DNA from: an uncultured marine group I thaumarchaeote
Lineage (GTDB): Archaea; Thermoproteota; Nitrososphaeria; Nitrososphaerales; Nitrosopumilaceae
Length of the DNA: 43,276 nt
Assembly: GCA_902578515.1 (NCBI GenBank)
Contig: CACHDH010000001.1
Coordinates: 1-43,276, forward strand
Direction: 5' to 3'
The position numbers and the translations under genes are program-made. The notes under the pieces were generated by a model. The model had not been told where the DNA came from and ran no database searches. It was given only the letters and a program-made list of their open reading frames with translations. Positions 18,471 to 31,922 of the stretch are shown piece after piece; within the stretch, counting starts at the first letter, position 1; every line of letters starts with the position of its first letter.

Positions 18471-18483
18471 TAATATCCTTTGC
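18471..18483 (-). promoter_or_regulatory. Putative BRE/TATA promoter element GCAAAGGATATTA (copy 2)
   Basis: About 23 nt upstream of ATG 18448; identical to 18271-18283. Confidence 0.55.
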
Positions 18484-18532
18484 TCTTAGATAATTTCAAA
18501 AAGTATTTCATTGACAACTAAGAATTTTCAAT

Positions 18533-19039
18533 ATGAGAAAACGTCAGATCTTAATCATCGGCAACAACGATAATGGTTGTACACCAGAATTAGAAAAAAT
18601 TGCTTATGATACTGGTGCAGAAGTGGCAAAATCTGACTCGATTTTGGTAACTGGTGGTCTAGGCGGTGTTATGCGTGCTTCCTGTCATGGTGCACAAGAA
18701 TCTGGCGGAATAACTGTTGGAATAATCCCTCAAGATGATGCTTCACACGCAAATGAATTTTGTGATATAGTAATTCCTTCTGGTATGGGGTTAACACGTG
18801 ATTTTTTAAATGCACTTTCAGCAGATGGTGTTATAGTTATTGGAGGGGGTTCTGGTACATTATCTGAAATTTGTGCAGCATATATGCACATGAAACCTAT
18901 TGTTGCATTAAAAAACTCTGGCGGAACAGCATCTAAATATTCTGATACATATTTGGATCATAGAAAAAACATTAAGATTGTTGGTGTGGAAACACCACAA
19001 GATGCAATAAAATACATTTTAGAAAATATTAGCACATAG
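18533..19039 (+). CDS. TIGR00725/LOG-like Rossmann-fold nucleotide-binding protein
   Basis: LVTGGLGGVMRA, GGITVGIIP, GMGLTR, IGGGSGTLSE. Confidence 0.9.
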   Translation: MRKRQILIIGNNDNGCTPELEKIAYDTGAEVAKSDSILVTGGLGGVMRASCHGAQESGGITVGIIPQDDASHANEFCDIVIPSGMGLTRDFLNALSADGVIVIGGGSGTLSEICAAYMHMKPIVALKNSGGTASKYSDTYLDHRKNIKIVGVETPQDAIKYILENIST

Positions 19040-20168
19040 ATAGTAAAAGAGGATCTGGCTCATAAAATGTACCATATTTATCAGATAATTTTTTTAATTC
19101 TTCCACAATTTTTTTCATACCTATCTCATTTGCGGTTTCAAATAATGGCTTTTTCAAACCAAGTCCAAGTTTCGCCGCCTTTTCAATTTCATCAATGTCG
19201 CTAGCATTATTTGTTATAAGCCATGCAGCATTGTTTAGTATGTTTGCAATAATCTGTGTTGGTTCACATTTTTTTGCTAATTCTTCTGAAAGTGGTATTC
19301 TTTCATATTTATCATCAGAGTACTTGTAGAATCCTTGGCCACTTTTTTGACCAAGATTTTTTTTATTGAATAGTTTTTCAATTGTAGGATGAGGTAGAAT
19401 TACTTTTTTGTCTCTTACATACATCTCCATTGTTGCTTTATGAATAACATCCAATCCTGTAAAATCTGCTAACTCGAATATTCCCATTGGAAATCCAAGG
19501 CTAAATTTAACCGCAGAATCAATTTCAGTTTGTTCTATTTTTTGTCTTTCCATTACATAACATGATTCATGAACCAATGGTATGAACAACCTATTCACAA
19601 TGAATCCTGGAACATCTTTTCTACAAGTAACTGGAATTTTGTTAACCGATTTTACAAAATCTATTGTTAGGTTGGTAATATCATCTGAAGTTTCCTGACC
19701 AGGTATAACTTCTACTAGTTTCATGAGTTGTGGTGGGTTGAAAAAGTGTATTCCAATAAATTTAGTTGGCCTTGATATTGTATTTGCGATTTCAGTAATT
19801 GGTAACGTACTGGTATTAGATGCAAAAACAACTTGTTCACCAGCTATTTTATCTAATTCTGCATATACCTTTTTTTTGAGATCCATTATCTCGGGAACAG
19901 CTTCAATAACTAGATCAGTATTATGGACAGCATATTTCAAGTCAACAATTGGTTTTATTCTTCCAAATATTTCATTACATTCAGATTCAGAAATTTTTTC
20001 CTTTGAGACAAGCTTGTCTAAACTCCACTTTATTTTGTCCATTGCCTTGTCTAAGAATTTCTGTTCAATATCTCTGAGTATTACATTATATCCAGCCATT
20101 GCAGAGACTTGAGCTATACCATGACCCATTATTCCTGAACCTAACACAGTAATGTTTCTGATTTCCAT
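19029..20168 (-). CDS. hbd: 3-hydroxyacyl-CoA dehydrogenase (probable 3-hydroxybutyryl-CoA dehydrogenase of the 3HP/4HB cycle)
   Basis: VLGSGIMGHGIA, IEAVPE, ASNTS, GIHFFNP, PGFIVNR, PMGIFELAD.TGLD; pathway role is inference. Confidence 0.92.
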   Translation of the reverse strand: MEIRNITVLGSGIMGHGIAQVSAMAGYNVILRDIEQKFLDKAMDKIKWSLDKLVSKEKISESECNEIFGRIKPIVDLKYAVHNTDLVIEAVPEIMDLKKKVYAELDKIAGEQVVFASNTSTLPITEIANTISRPTKFIGIHFFNPPQLMKLVEVIPGQETSDDITNLTIDFVKSVNKIPVTCRKDVPGFIVNRLFIPLVHESCYVMERQKIEQTEIDSAVKFSLGFPMGIFELADFTGLDVIHKATMEMYVRDKKVILPHPTIEKLFNKKNLGQKSGQGFYKYSDDKYERIPLSEELAKKCEPTQIIANILNNAAWLITNNASDIDEIEKAAKLGLGLKKPLFETANEIGMKKIVEELKKLSDKYGTFYEPDPLLLSMC

Positions 20169-20221
20169 ACCGTCCAAGAAAATTGATATCCTTTATAATA
20201 TGTTTCATGATTACGCAAAAT

Positions 20222-20392
20222 ATGGGATTGTTTGGGAAAAAACCTAAAAGTGAAACCAAATGCGATGTTTGTGACTTAGAATTACCTACTCCTGAACGAT
20301 TGGAGCGTCATAAAAAAAAGGCGCATGGAAATGTACCAGAGAAAAAAATTGAAGATACTGGCGGAAATATAGGAGAAGGTGGATTGTGGTAG
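20222..20392 (+). CDS. Small C2H2 zinc-finger protein
   Basis: MGLFGKKPK...CDVCDLELPTPERLERHKKKAH; TTTATAA about 25 nt upstream of ATG 20222. Confidence 0.8.
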   Translation: MGLFGKKPKSETKCDVCDLELPTPERLERHKKKAHGNVPEKKIEDTGGNIGEGGLW

Positions 20393-20437
20393 TCGATCTG
20401 ATGTAAAAAATTTGTGATAATTATGGGTATAGACGGA

Positions 20438-20710
20438 ATGAAAGATTCAAAAAAATATGGGCTGATGTTTCTTTTTATATTTATTACAGCTTTCATAATC
20501 ATTGCAACATTGATTTTCCCATTTTGGAATTTAATTCGGGAGGATGTTTATGAAGAAGTTGAAATTATGTTAAACGAACGTGGTAACTGTTATGTTGATA
20601 CTGTGGACAATGTTCCTAAAACAATTTGGAACTGTGATAAGAAAGTTGGCGATATTGTCACAATAAAATACGGTAAGGATCTTGCATACGCAGAAATTGT
20701 TGAGCCTTAG
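20438..20710 (+). CDS. Hypothetical single-TM protein
   Basis: KKYG followed by a hydrophobic stretch, two Cys; start uncertain (20414/20423/20438). Confidence 0.75.
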   Translation: MKDSKKYGLMFLFIFITAFIIIATLIFPFWNLIREDVYEEVEIMLNERGNCYVDTVDNVPKTIWNCDKKVGDIVTIKYGKDLAYAEIVEP

Positions 20711-20743
20711 CAGTTCATTTCATGGTTAATATCAACTTGAGTC

Positions 20744-21154
20744 ATGGACTGTATTTTTTGTAAAATATCTAAAAAGGAAATTCCATCAAAGCTGATTATG
20801 GAATCTAAAAACTCCATGGCATTTTTAGACGCATTTCCTGTATCACGCGGGCACACATTAGTTATCCCAAAAAACCATTATGAAAAAGTTCAGGATATGA
20901 GAGAGGAAGATAACGTAGACCTGTTTAATACTGTACGAAATGTAATAACTAAGATAGATAAGATAACTGGTTCTACATTAGTGGCGGTACATAATGGAAG
21001 GGATAGCGGTCAGGAAATACCGCATGTTCATGTTCATCTTATACCAAGAGAATTATCTGATCATGCTGGACCCGTACATAGTATGTTTAAAGATAGACCA
21101 AAACTTTCTGATCAGGAATTAGATGATTTGTGTACTGAAATAAAGAATATGTGA
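20744..21154 (+). CDS. HIT family nucleotide hydrolase
   Basis: DCIFCKI, GHTLVIPK.H, GQEIPHVHVHLIPR. Confidence 0.95.
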   Translation: MDCIFCKISKKEIPSKLIMESKNSMAFLDAFPVSRGHTLVIPKNHYEKVQDMREEDNVDLFNTVRNVITKIDKITGSTLVAVHNGRDSGQEIPHVHVHLIPRELSDHAGPVHSMFKDRPKLSDQELDDLCTEIKNM

Positions 21155-21862
21155 TCATAGAGGATAGACTTTTCGTCCAGATTTTCTTTCGTTAATTTTA
21201 ATTGCTTTTGTTGGACATGTTTCAGCTGCATCCATTATTCTTTCTTCAGATGCACCGTATTGATTATGAACCTGTGATTTTGGGTTAATCATAGTAAGTT
21301 TGTCAATAACAAAAACATTTGGGGCTATAGTTTCACAACTCATACATGCAATACACTGACTTTTATCTACACGGACAGATAAATTATGTTTATAGATTTT
21401 TGTTTCGTTCTTTTGATTTTTTGTTTTGGGTCTAGGTCCAATTGTTTCTTCATTTACATCCCAAAACGCCTTTCCATAATCATTCTTTTTAGATTCATTC
21501 TTTCTAAATTCATAGTCCTCCCAAAATGATTTTTCATATTGTCGCCAAAAATTTTCATCCATCTCAAAATCTTTTGTAAATTTACTCCAATCTTCTTCTG
21601 GGGGATTTTGTTCGGTTCTATTTTGATATGGACGAGTTTTTTTCTTTACAGTTTTATCATCATAATGAGAGTTTTTCAGTCTAGATTGGCTCTTTAAGAA
21701 ATGGTATGCCTCTAATACACTTTTGAATCGGCGTCCATCACTTTCATTCTTATTTCTGTCTGGATGAAGTTCTAATGACAATTTCCTATATGCGTATTTA
21801 ATATCGTCAAAACTAGCGTCTGAATCCAACATTAAAATCTGTATAGCTTGTGTCCTGTTCAT
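21155..21862 (-). CDS. DnaJ-ferredoxin fusion (J-domain plus C-terminal Fe-S ferredoxin)
   Basis: IKYAYRKLSLELHPD; C-terminal CIACMSCETIAP...AAETCPTKAI. Confidence 0.9.
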   Translation of the reverse strand: MNRTQAIQILMLDSDASFDDIKYAYRKLSLELHPDRNKNESDGRRFKSVLEAYHFLKSQSRLKNSHYDDKTVKKKTRPYQNRTEQNPPEEDWSKFTKDFEMDENFWRQYEKSFWEDYEFRKNESKKNDYGKAFWDVNEETIGPRPKTKNQKNETKIYKHNLSVRVDKSQCIACMSCETIAPNVFVIDKLTMINPKSQVHNQYGASEERIMDAAETCPTKAIKINERKSGRKVYPL

Positions 21863-21907
21863 GTTTTTTTACCTAATTAACATCTTAAAAGTAATTTGAT
21901 GAGTATT

Positions 21908-22390
21908 TCAAGTTATTTTAGACATCACATTTGATCTGAGATCTGATTCATACCAAACAGTCTTTGAACTAACATTTTTTCTTTGGTAAAAATTAAGCGC
22001 TAAATGTGAAAAAACTGTGTTTTTTCTAACAGATCCATGTGTATGAAGTACTTTTGGTTGTATGTATACAACATCACCTCGATTCAAACTAATAGTTTTG
22101 GTCTTTAAAATTTTAAATTTTGAGACACCATTACCGATTTTTTTATAATAGACAAGGCTCCCATGACCCTTTGTAACAATAAGCATCTGGGCACCAGTAT
22201 GATAATGAATTTTGGTTCTGGCTGATTTTTTGAATATTACATGATATAGATCATGTTCATTTGGCTTTGTAATACCAGAAATATCATGAAGCGTGACTGG
22301 ACCAGTAAAATAGTTTTTTTTGACTTTTTTAGCTGCTGCAGACGAAATGTTACCTTTTTTCAACCATTTATGATAAATGGCAATAGTCAT
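21908..22390 (-). CDS. Cupin-domain protein
   Basis: NYFTG.V, ARTKIHYH.G.Q.L.V.KG, GDVVYI...LHTHG. Confidence 0.88.
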   Translation of the reverse strand: MTIAIYHKWLKKGNISSAAAKKVKKNYFTGPVTLHDISGITKPNEHDLYHVIFKKSARTKIHYHTGAQMLIVTKGHGSLVYYKKIGNGVSKFKILKTKTISLNRGDVVYIQPKVLHTHGSVRKNTVFSHLALNFYQRKNVSSKTVWYESDLRSNVMSKIT

Positions 22391-22423
22391 AAAAAACTAT
22401 AGACGTATTAATAATGGTAGTAA

Positions 22424-23146
22424 TTGGCTGATTCTGAACATAAAATTAAGACAGTAGTTTTACGCCCCATTTTAGATGACGATGGAGTAGACCAAATTGT
22501 TGAGAATGGAAAAACATCGTTATTTAGAAATATGTTGCGAAAACCCAAAAAATCAGAAGTTCATGTACATTCAATAACTCTCTCATATGAAGCATTTTTG
22601 ATTTTATCTGGAAGTTATAACGCAAATTTTTATCGTAAGACTGTTCATCAAATTCACGTTGATCCAACAGTTAAGGAAATAATTATTGGAGATGATACAT
22701 TTCCAGTGGAATCAGGTAAGGGTGTTTTAGGTAAATTCAACGCTAAAATAAAAAAAGGTACTAGAAGAAAAAATCAAATTAATTTGGAGTTAGAGGAACA
22801 TGTCTACTTGGATAATGAAGAAGAGATAGCATTCGATCATCATGGGAAAGAAATCAAAATGCCATATAAAATGAGTTCAAAATTGATTGAAAGTTATCCA
22901 AGACGTACATTAGAAAAAACCAAAAACAACGTAAAAAAACCTGAAATTACTTATGATGCAGCAATTACAAAACTAACTTCGAAATTAAAAAAATCAGTTT
23001 CGATTGGGAAACGTAATCTTGAGGAGAAAATTACCATTAATGAGATAATTGAATTGTATGTACCAATTTATGAGGCTAGATTAATCGGACCAAAAAAAAG
23101 CATACGTTTGATGAGAATAGACGCGATTAGGAAAAAAGTTTTGTAA
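22424..23146 (+). CDS. Hypothetical basic protein
   Basis: 240-aa ORF with TTG start; C-terminal YVPIYEA...MRIDAI. Confidence 0.75.
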   Translation: MADSEHKIKTVVLRPILDDDGVDQIVENGKTSLFRNMLRKPKKSEVHVHSITLSYEAFLILSGSYNANFYRKTVHQIHVDPTVKEIIIGDDTFPVESGKGVLGKFNAKIKKGTRRKNQINLELEEHVYLDNEEEIAFDHHGKEIKMPYKMSSKLIESYPRRTLEKTKNNVKKPEITYDAAITKLTSKLKKSVSIGKRNLEEKITINEIIELYVPIYEARLIGPKKSIRLMRIDAIRKKVL

Positions 23147-23148
23147 TA

Positions 23149-23967
23149 TTATCGGATTAGTTTTCTGAATTTTGGCTCGTCTTGTAGTGAATCAAAAAAT
23201 TCATCTTCGAGGGCCCATTTTTTGATTGTTTTTCGATCTTTTTTTACAGCCAATTCTAGTAGATATAATGCCCTACCGATATTAGCAATGGCAGCATTAC
23301 TTCGTGCCATTGCATAGATCACGTTAACATTACCCTCGTGTATTTGTAGCAATTTGTCGAAAATTGCTAACGCCCTATCATGCTTACCTAACTCAGCTAA
23401 TTCCATTCCTTTATGAAAATAGGCATCCATATGTTTTGGATGTTTTCGGCAAATATTCTCAAAGCAGTTCAGTGCCTCTTCATGTTTTTTCATTTTCCCA
23501 AGCACTATTCCACGATAAAACGCTGTATTTACATTCCCAGAATCACATTTTATCGCTTCATCCAAACTTTGTATTGCTTCATCATGCTTCAATAATTTAT
23601 CATAAAGCACCCCCCTATTGTAATATGCAGCAGCATATTTTGGGTCAATCTCTATTGCTTTATTGTAGTATTCTAATGCATCATCAGTATTACCTAATTC
23701 AGCCAATGAGATGCCATGATTATTAATAGCTGCAATGTATTTTGGGTCAATCTCAAGTACCTTATCAAAGCATGTAATTGCATCCTGATATTTTTTTAAT
23801 TGGTTTAATGCAAGACCCTGGTTATACAATGCATCAATATTTTTTGGTTCTTGTTTTATGACTTTTTTGAAAAATGGAATAGCATTTTTTGGCTGTTTTT
23901 TCTCCATAAATGACATTGCTTGATAAAGCAAATCTTCAGTTTTTTCTTTGGAAGCAAAAAATATCAT
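23149..23967 (-). CDS. Tetratricopeptide-repeat protein
   Basis: 34-aa periodic A.YN.G..L..L..Y..A...F.K.LEIDP repeats. Confidence 0.92.
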   Translation of the reverse strand: MIFFASKEKTEDLLYQAMSFMEKKQPKNAIPFFKKVIKQEPKNIDALYNQGLALNQLKKYQDAITCFDKVLEIDPKYIAAINNHGISLAELGNTDDALEYYNKAIEIDPKYAAAYYNRGVLYDKLLKHDEAIQSLDEAIKCDSGNVNTAFYRGIVLGKMKKHEEALNCFENICRKHPKHMDAYFHKGMELAELGKHDRALAIFDKLLQIHEGNVNVIYAMARSNAAIANIGRALYLLELAVKKDRKTIKKWALEDEFFDSLQDEPKFRKLIR

Positions 23968-23991
23968 AATAACCAGTTGTAATATGTTAAT

Positions 23992-25317
23992 TTATTTTTT
24001 AAACGTTGTAAGGTATTGATCAGTAGCTTTTAGCATTTGGTTCATATCATATTTTGTATGTTCATCTGAATACGCACCAAGCTTTCCTGGTAAAAAGAAA
24101 ATTCCATTATTAGCAAGCATATGAAAATGATAATCGTGTAATTTTTTTATGTTACATTTTGCAGCATCAGATGCATTATTGATTTCATATATTTGATTAT
24201 CCAAAAAATGTGTTAGGAACAAAGAACCAGTACCAGTTGTAATCACAGAACCATCAAATTTTTTATCAATGATTTTTCTGGTTTCTCTCCCCAAACCATT
24301 TAATTTTTGATAAAGTTTGCCACCTTTCTTTTTTATCATATTTAATGTTGAATTCCCTGCCATCATCGAAAGTGGGTTTGCTGAGAATGTTCCACCACCG
24401 ATATACGCACGATTTGATTTTGAGAATTTTGATGTATTTGCAAATTTCATAAATTCACTTTTACCAGAAATTACACCTATTGGGAATCCCCCTCCAACTA
24501 TTTTTCCTAATGTCACTATATCAGGATCAAGTCCCATAATGTTATACATGCATCCATATCTGAATCTAAATCCAGTCACAATTTCATCTAGAATAAATAA
24601 TGAATTGTTTTTATGACAAAATTCTTCCATTCCTAATAGGTAATCCTTTGTTGCTGGTATACATCCACCACCACCAAGAACTGGCTCAATAATAACCGCT
24701 GCCAAATCATTTTTTATTGATTTTAAAATTTTAATGGAATTTTCCAAGTCATTGAATGGAAGTGATTTTATGTGTTTTTCATCAGTTAATCCATTACTTT
24801 CAGATTTATTGAATGGCCAATTTACCGTTTTGAGTAGATCTGTAGTATATCCATGCCACCCACCATCGACTTTTGCTATTGTATTTCTTTTAGTGATTGT
24901 TCTAGCAAGTCTAATTGCATACATTGTAGCCTCTGTACCAGTTGATGCATAGCGGATTTTTTCAGCCACCGGTATTGCTTTCGAAATTTTTTCAGATAAT
25001 TCGATTGAGTTTTTACTTACAGTTCCATGCATCCATCCATTTTCAAGTTGCTTTCGTGCATTTACCTTAACATTTTTTGGTGAATGACCCAAAATCAAAC
25101 TCCAGTGACCCATCCAATAATCAACATATTTGTTAGAATCTACATCAACCAGAAATTTTCCTTTTGAGGATTTTACAATAAATGGATATGGTTCAAAGAA
25201 TCTTATGTTGTGATGAACACCGTTAACATGCAGTTTTTTTGATTTTTTAAAAAGTTCTGAAGACTTTCTTGTCTTTTTCTTGTATAATTTTATGCTATTT
25301 TTTAGCATTCTAATCAC
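23992..25317 (-). CDS. Class-III PLP aminotransferase, glutamate-1-semialdehyde aminomutase-like
   Basis: STGTEAT, GGWHG, IIEPV, ILDEIVTGFR, TLGKIVGGGFP, GTFSANP; start may be ATG 25308. Confidence 0.9.
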   Translation of the reverse strand: MIRMLKNSIKLYKKKTRKSSELFKKSKKLHVNGVHHNIRFFEPYPFIVKSSKGKFLVDVDSNKYVDYWMGHWSLILGHSPKNVKVNARKQLENGWMHGTVSKNSIELSEKISKAIPVAEKIRYASTGTEATMYAIRLARTITKRNTIAKVDGGWHGYTTDLLKTVNWPFNKSESNGLTDEKHIKSLPFNDLENSIKILKSIKNDLAAVIIEPVLGGGGCIPATKDYLLGMEEFCHKNNSLFILDEIVTGFRFRYGCMYNIMGLDPDIVTLGKIVGGGFPIGVISGKSEFMKFANTSKFSKSNRAYIGGGTFSANPLSMMAGNSTLNMIKKKGGKLYQKLNGLGRETRKIIDKKFDGSVITTGTGSLFLTHFLDNQIYEINNASDAAKCNIKKLHDYHFHMLANNGIFFLPGKLGAYSDEHTKYDMNQMLKATDQYLTTFKK

Positions 25318-25371
25318 TATATTCTGTAATATATTACTGATCGCTAAAACTGCATTTTTTTGAAATTTTTC

Positions 25372-25386
25372 TGAATAGTTTATATG
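25372..25386 (+). promoter_or_regulatory. rRNA operon promoter (BRE + TATA)
   Basis: TGAATAG-TTTATAT about 25 nt before the structured leader starting near 25409. Confidence 0.65.
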
Positions 25387-25589
25387 TATTTGATGAATCT
25401 GAACTTTTGCATACGTAACGCAAGAGCGGCGCTTGTGATGAAGTATGGTAATGGACCATTTTATGATTTACAGGCCTCCAGTTACGCATACAAAATGTGG
25501 ATTTGACCAAATGATCAAATCTGAAATGTGAAGATTAAGTGCATTCCGTTAATTCCAATAATTATCATGTAGATACTTCTAAGATTCAG

Positions 25590-27061
<1,472 letters not shown>

Positions 27062-27201
27062 TAGAAAGAATTACGGAAAGCACTTAATCTTTGCATCATC
27101 GATGCAATACGCCATGAAAATGTCGTATGAAGGATGTAGTAGGTCTCCACCGGGGGCTTGCAATGATCGTCATGTATAGTCGTGTATTATGTGGCCGTAT
27201 A

Positions 27202-30198
<2,997 letters not shown>

Positions 30199-30300
30199 CG
30201 GCCACTTACATAGAGACTATACATGACGATTCATATTTTTAATTGAACTAAAAATTACCCACATACTTAGATTATATGTGGTTATTAGTTATTTCATCTA

Positions 30301-30410
30301 GCTGTGGGGGAGTGCGTAAGAAGGAATCTGCACGAGGGTGGATGTAAAATAAAACTCCCATCCTAGTACCAAACAGCAGAGAAATTCTACCCTCATGGCA
30401 TTCCATTTTT
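30301..30410. ncRNA. Candidate structured non-coding RNA (unassigned)
   Basis: GC-rich island with five complementary segment pairs, TATA-like ATTATAT about 24 nt upstream and T5 tract immediately after. Confidence 0.5.
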
Positions 30411-30455
30411 CAGAATTTCAAAAACTCTTTTATCAAGACTAGTCTAGTAATTATT

Positions 30456-30728
30456 ATGGTTGATGAAAAATCATCTAGAAATCAGGCTTATGTTTTGTTA
30501 AATGTGGATTACAAACATCAAAAGGATATTATCAATAAAGCTAAGACATTACCAACTGTAGAAAACGTCAAGGTAATGTATGGAATTTATGATGTAATGA
30601 TAATTTTGGAATCTAACGATATGGGCGCTATTAAAAAAACAATTGATGTTGATATACATAATTTTGATGGAATTACAAACATGACGTCACTAGTCACTGT
30701 TGGTATAGCTGGTGCAATTTTAGAATAA
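30456..30728 (+). CDS. Lrp/AsnC ligand-binding-domain-only protein
   Basis: AYVLLNV, V..V.VMYGIYDVMI.LE, I..FDGITNMTSL; no HTH. Confidence 0.88.
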   Translation: MVDEKSSRNQAYVLLNVDYKHQKDIINKAKTLPTVENVKVMYGIYDVMIILESNDMGAIKKTIDVDIHNFDGITNMTSLVTVGIAGAILE

Positions 30729-30731
30729 GAA

Positions 30732-31703
30732 TTGCAAGAATATGAAATAGTAATAGTAGGAGCCGGACCAGCTGGTCTTTCAGCTGGAATGTATGTTGCG
30801 AGACAAAATGTTTCGTGTCTAATCATCTCAAAGGATTTAGGTGGACAGATGAATCTAATCCCAAAACTTGAGAATTATCCTGGGACTATAATGTCCAGTG
30901 GACAAATATTAGCTAAGACTCTTGAGACGCAATATCTATCGTTTAAGGGAGAATTAGTTTATGATACTGTTGAAAAGATTGATGAATCCGATGGTGGTTT
31001 TAAAATTAAAACAAGTCGTTCTCAGTATACTGCCAAAGCAATTGTACTGGCACCAGGTAAAGTCCCAAATATGCTTGGTGTAGAAAATGAATCTGATTAT
31101 TTTAACAAAGGAATTCATTACTGTACTAAATGTGATGCACCATTTTACCAAGGTAGGACTACTGCATCTATTGGTGTTGGTTCTTATCTTGTGGAATCAG
31201 GTTTGCTATTATCACGAATGGCGTCTAAGATATATTTAATTTTAAAGGGCTCAAAACTTGGAGGCGATAAGGATCTGATTGCAACATTAGAAAATAACAA
31301 GAGCATCGAAATTATCACGCAGTCATCAGTGAAAGCGATTTCTGGAAACTCTGTTCTTCAACAAATTACAGTAGTTGATTCATCTGGAAATGAAAACGTA
31401 TTGGATGTTGATGCATTATTTATTGAATTAGGCTCAAAGATTGATCTCGATTATGTTAAACATTTAGTAAAAATAAACACCAAGGGTGAAATTGAAATTG
31501 AATCTGGTGGTGCAACAAGCCATCCAGCAATATTTGCTGCAGGTGATGCTACCACAATTCCATATAAACAAATTATTGTTGCATGTGGTGATGGCTCTAA
31601 CGCTGGACTTTCTGCATTTAATTATGTTGAAAAGCTAAAGGGTAAACCTGGTATACGTGCAGATTGGAAAAAACAGATAGGCGGCCAAGTTTTCCATTAT
31701 TAA
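30732..31703 (+). CDS. trxB: Thioredoxin reductase-like flavoprotein
   Basis: IVGAGPAGLSA, GGQ, ENYPG, CTKCD redox motif, IFAAGD; TTG start. Confidence 0.9.
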   Translation: MQEYEIVIVGAGPAGLSAGMYVARQNVSCLIISKDLGGQMNLIPKLENYPGTIMSSGQILAKTLETQYLSFKGELVYDTVEKIDESDGGFKIKTSRSQYTAKAIVLAPGKVPNMLGVENESDYFNKGIHYCTKCDAPFYQGRTTASIGVGSYLVESGLLLSRMASKIYLILKGSKLGGDKDLIATLENNKSIEIITQSSVKAISGNSVLQQITVVDSSGNENVLDVDALFIELGSKIDLDYVKHLVKINTKGEIEIESGGATSHPAIFAAGDATTIPYKQIIVACGDGSNAGLSAFNYVEKLKGKPGIRADWKKQIGGQVFHY

Positions 31704-31737
31704 TTTTAAATAAATACTAGATCATGATAATAATTAC

Positions 31738-31920
31738 ATGATGTTATGGATTGCAGCTGCAGCAGTTGGAATTTTAATTGTGACAGTTTTAATTTACAAA
31801 TATACAAAAACATCAAAATACGATGTACTAGGATTTTCTGCGCGATGTAAGATTTGTGGTGACAAAATTAATGGATTGAAATGTCCCAAATGTGAACAAA
31901 AAAAGAGAGATTTAAGATAA
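31738..31920 (+). CDS. Small membrane-anchored zinc-ribbon protein
   Basis: N-terminal TM, then CKICG...KCPKC. Confidence 0.78.
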   Translation: MMLWIAAAAVGILIVTVLIYKYTKTSKYDVLGFSARCKICGDKINGLKCPKCEQKKRDLR

Positions 31921-31922
31921 AA

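Noticed and set aside
23636-23754. 17-bp direct repeat TATTTTGGGTCAATCTC, 102 bp apart
   Set aside because: Matches the 34-aa TPR period (EIDPKY); not CRISPR or a mobile-element repeat
27062-27201. No tRNA-Ala in the 16S-23S spacer and no 5S gene after 23S
   Set aside because: Normal organisation for Thaumarchaeota and Crenarchaeota
30306-30400. Resemblance of the GC-rich element to a TPP riboswitch (GGGAGUGC...GCAC GAG...ACUCCC) or an HDV ribozyme
   Set aside because: Lacks the conserved CUGAGA and CUGAU of TPP aptamers and no thiamine gene follows; helix spacing and catalytic joining strand do not match HDV
30272-30406. 44-codon minus-strand ORF MECHEGRISLLFGTRMG...
   Set aside because: GC-rich codons atypical for this genome and no motif; base-pairing explains the sequence better, though coding is not strictly excluded
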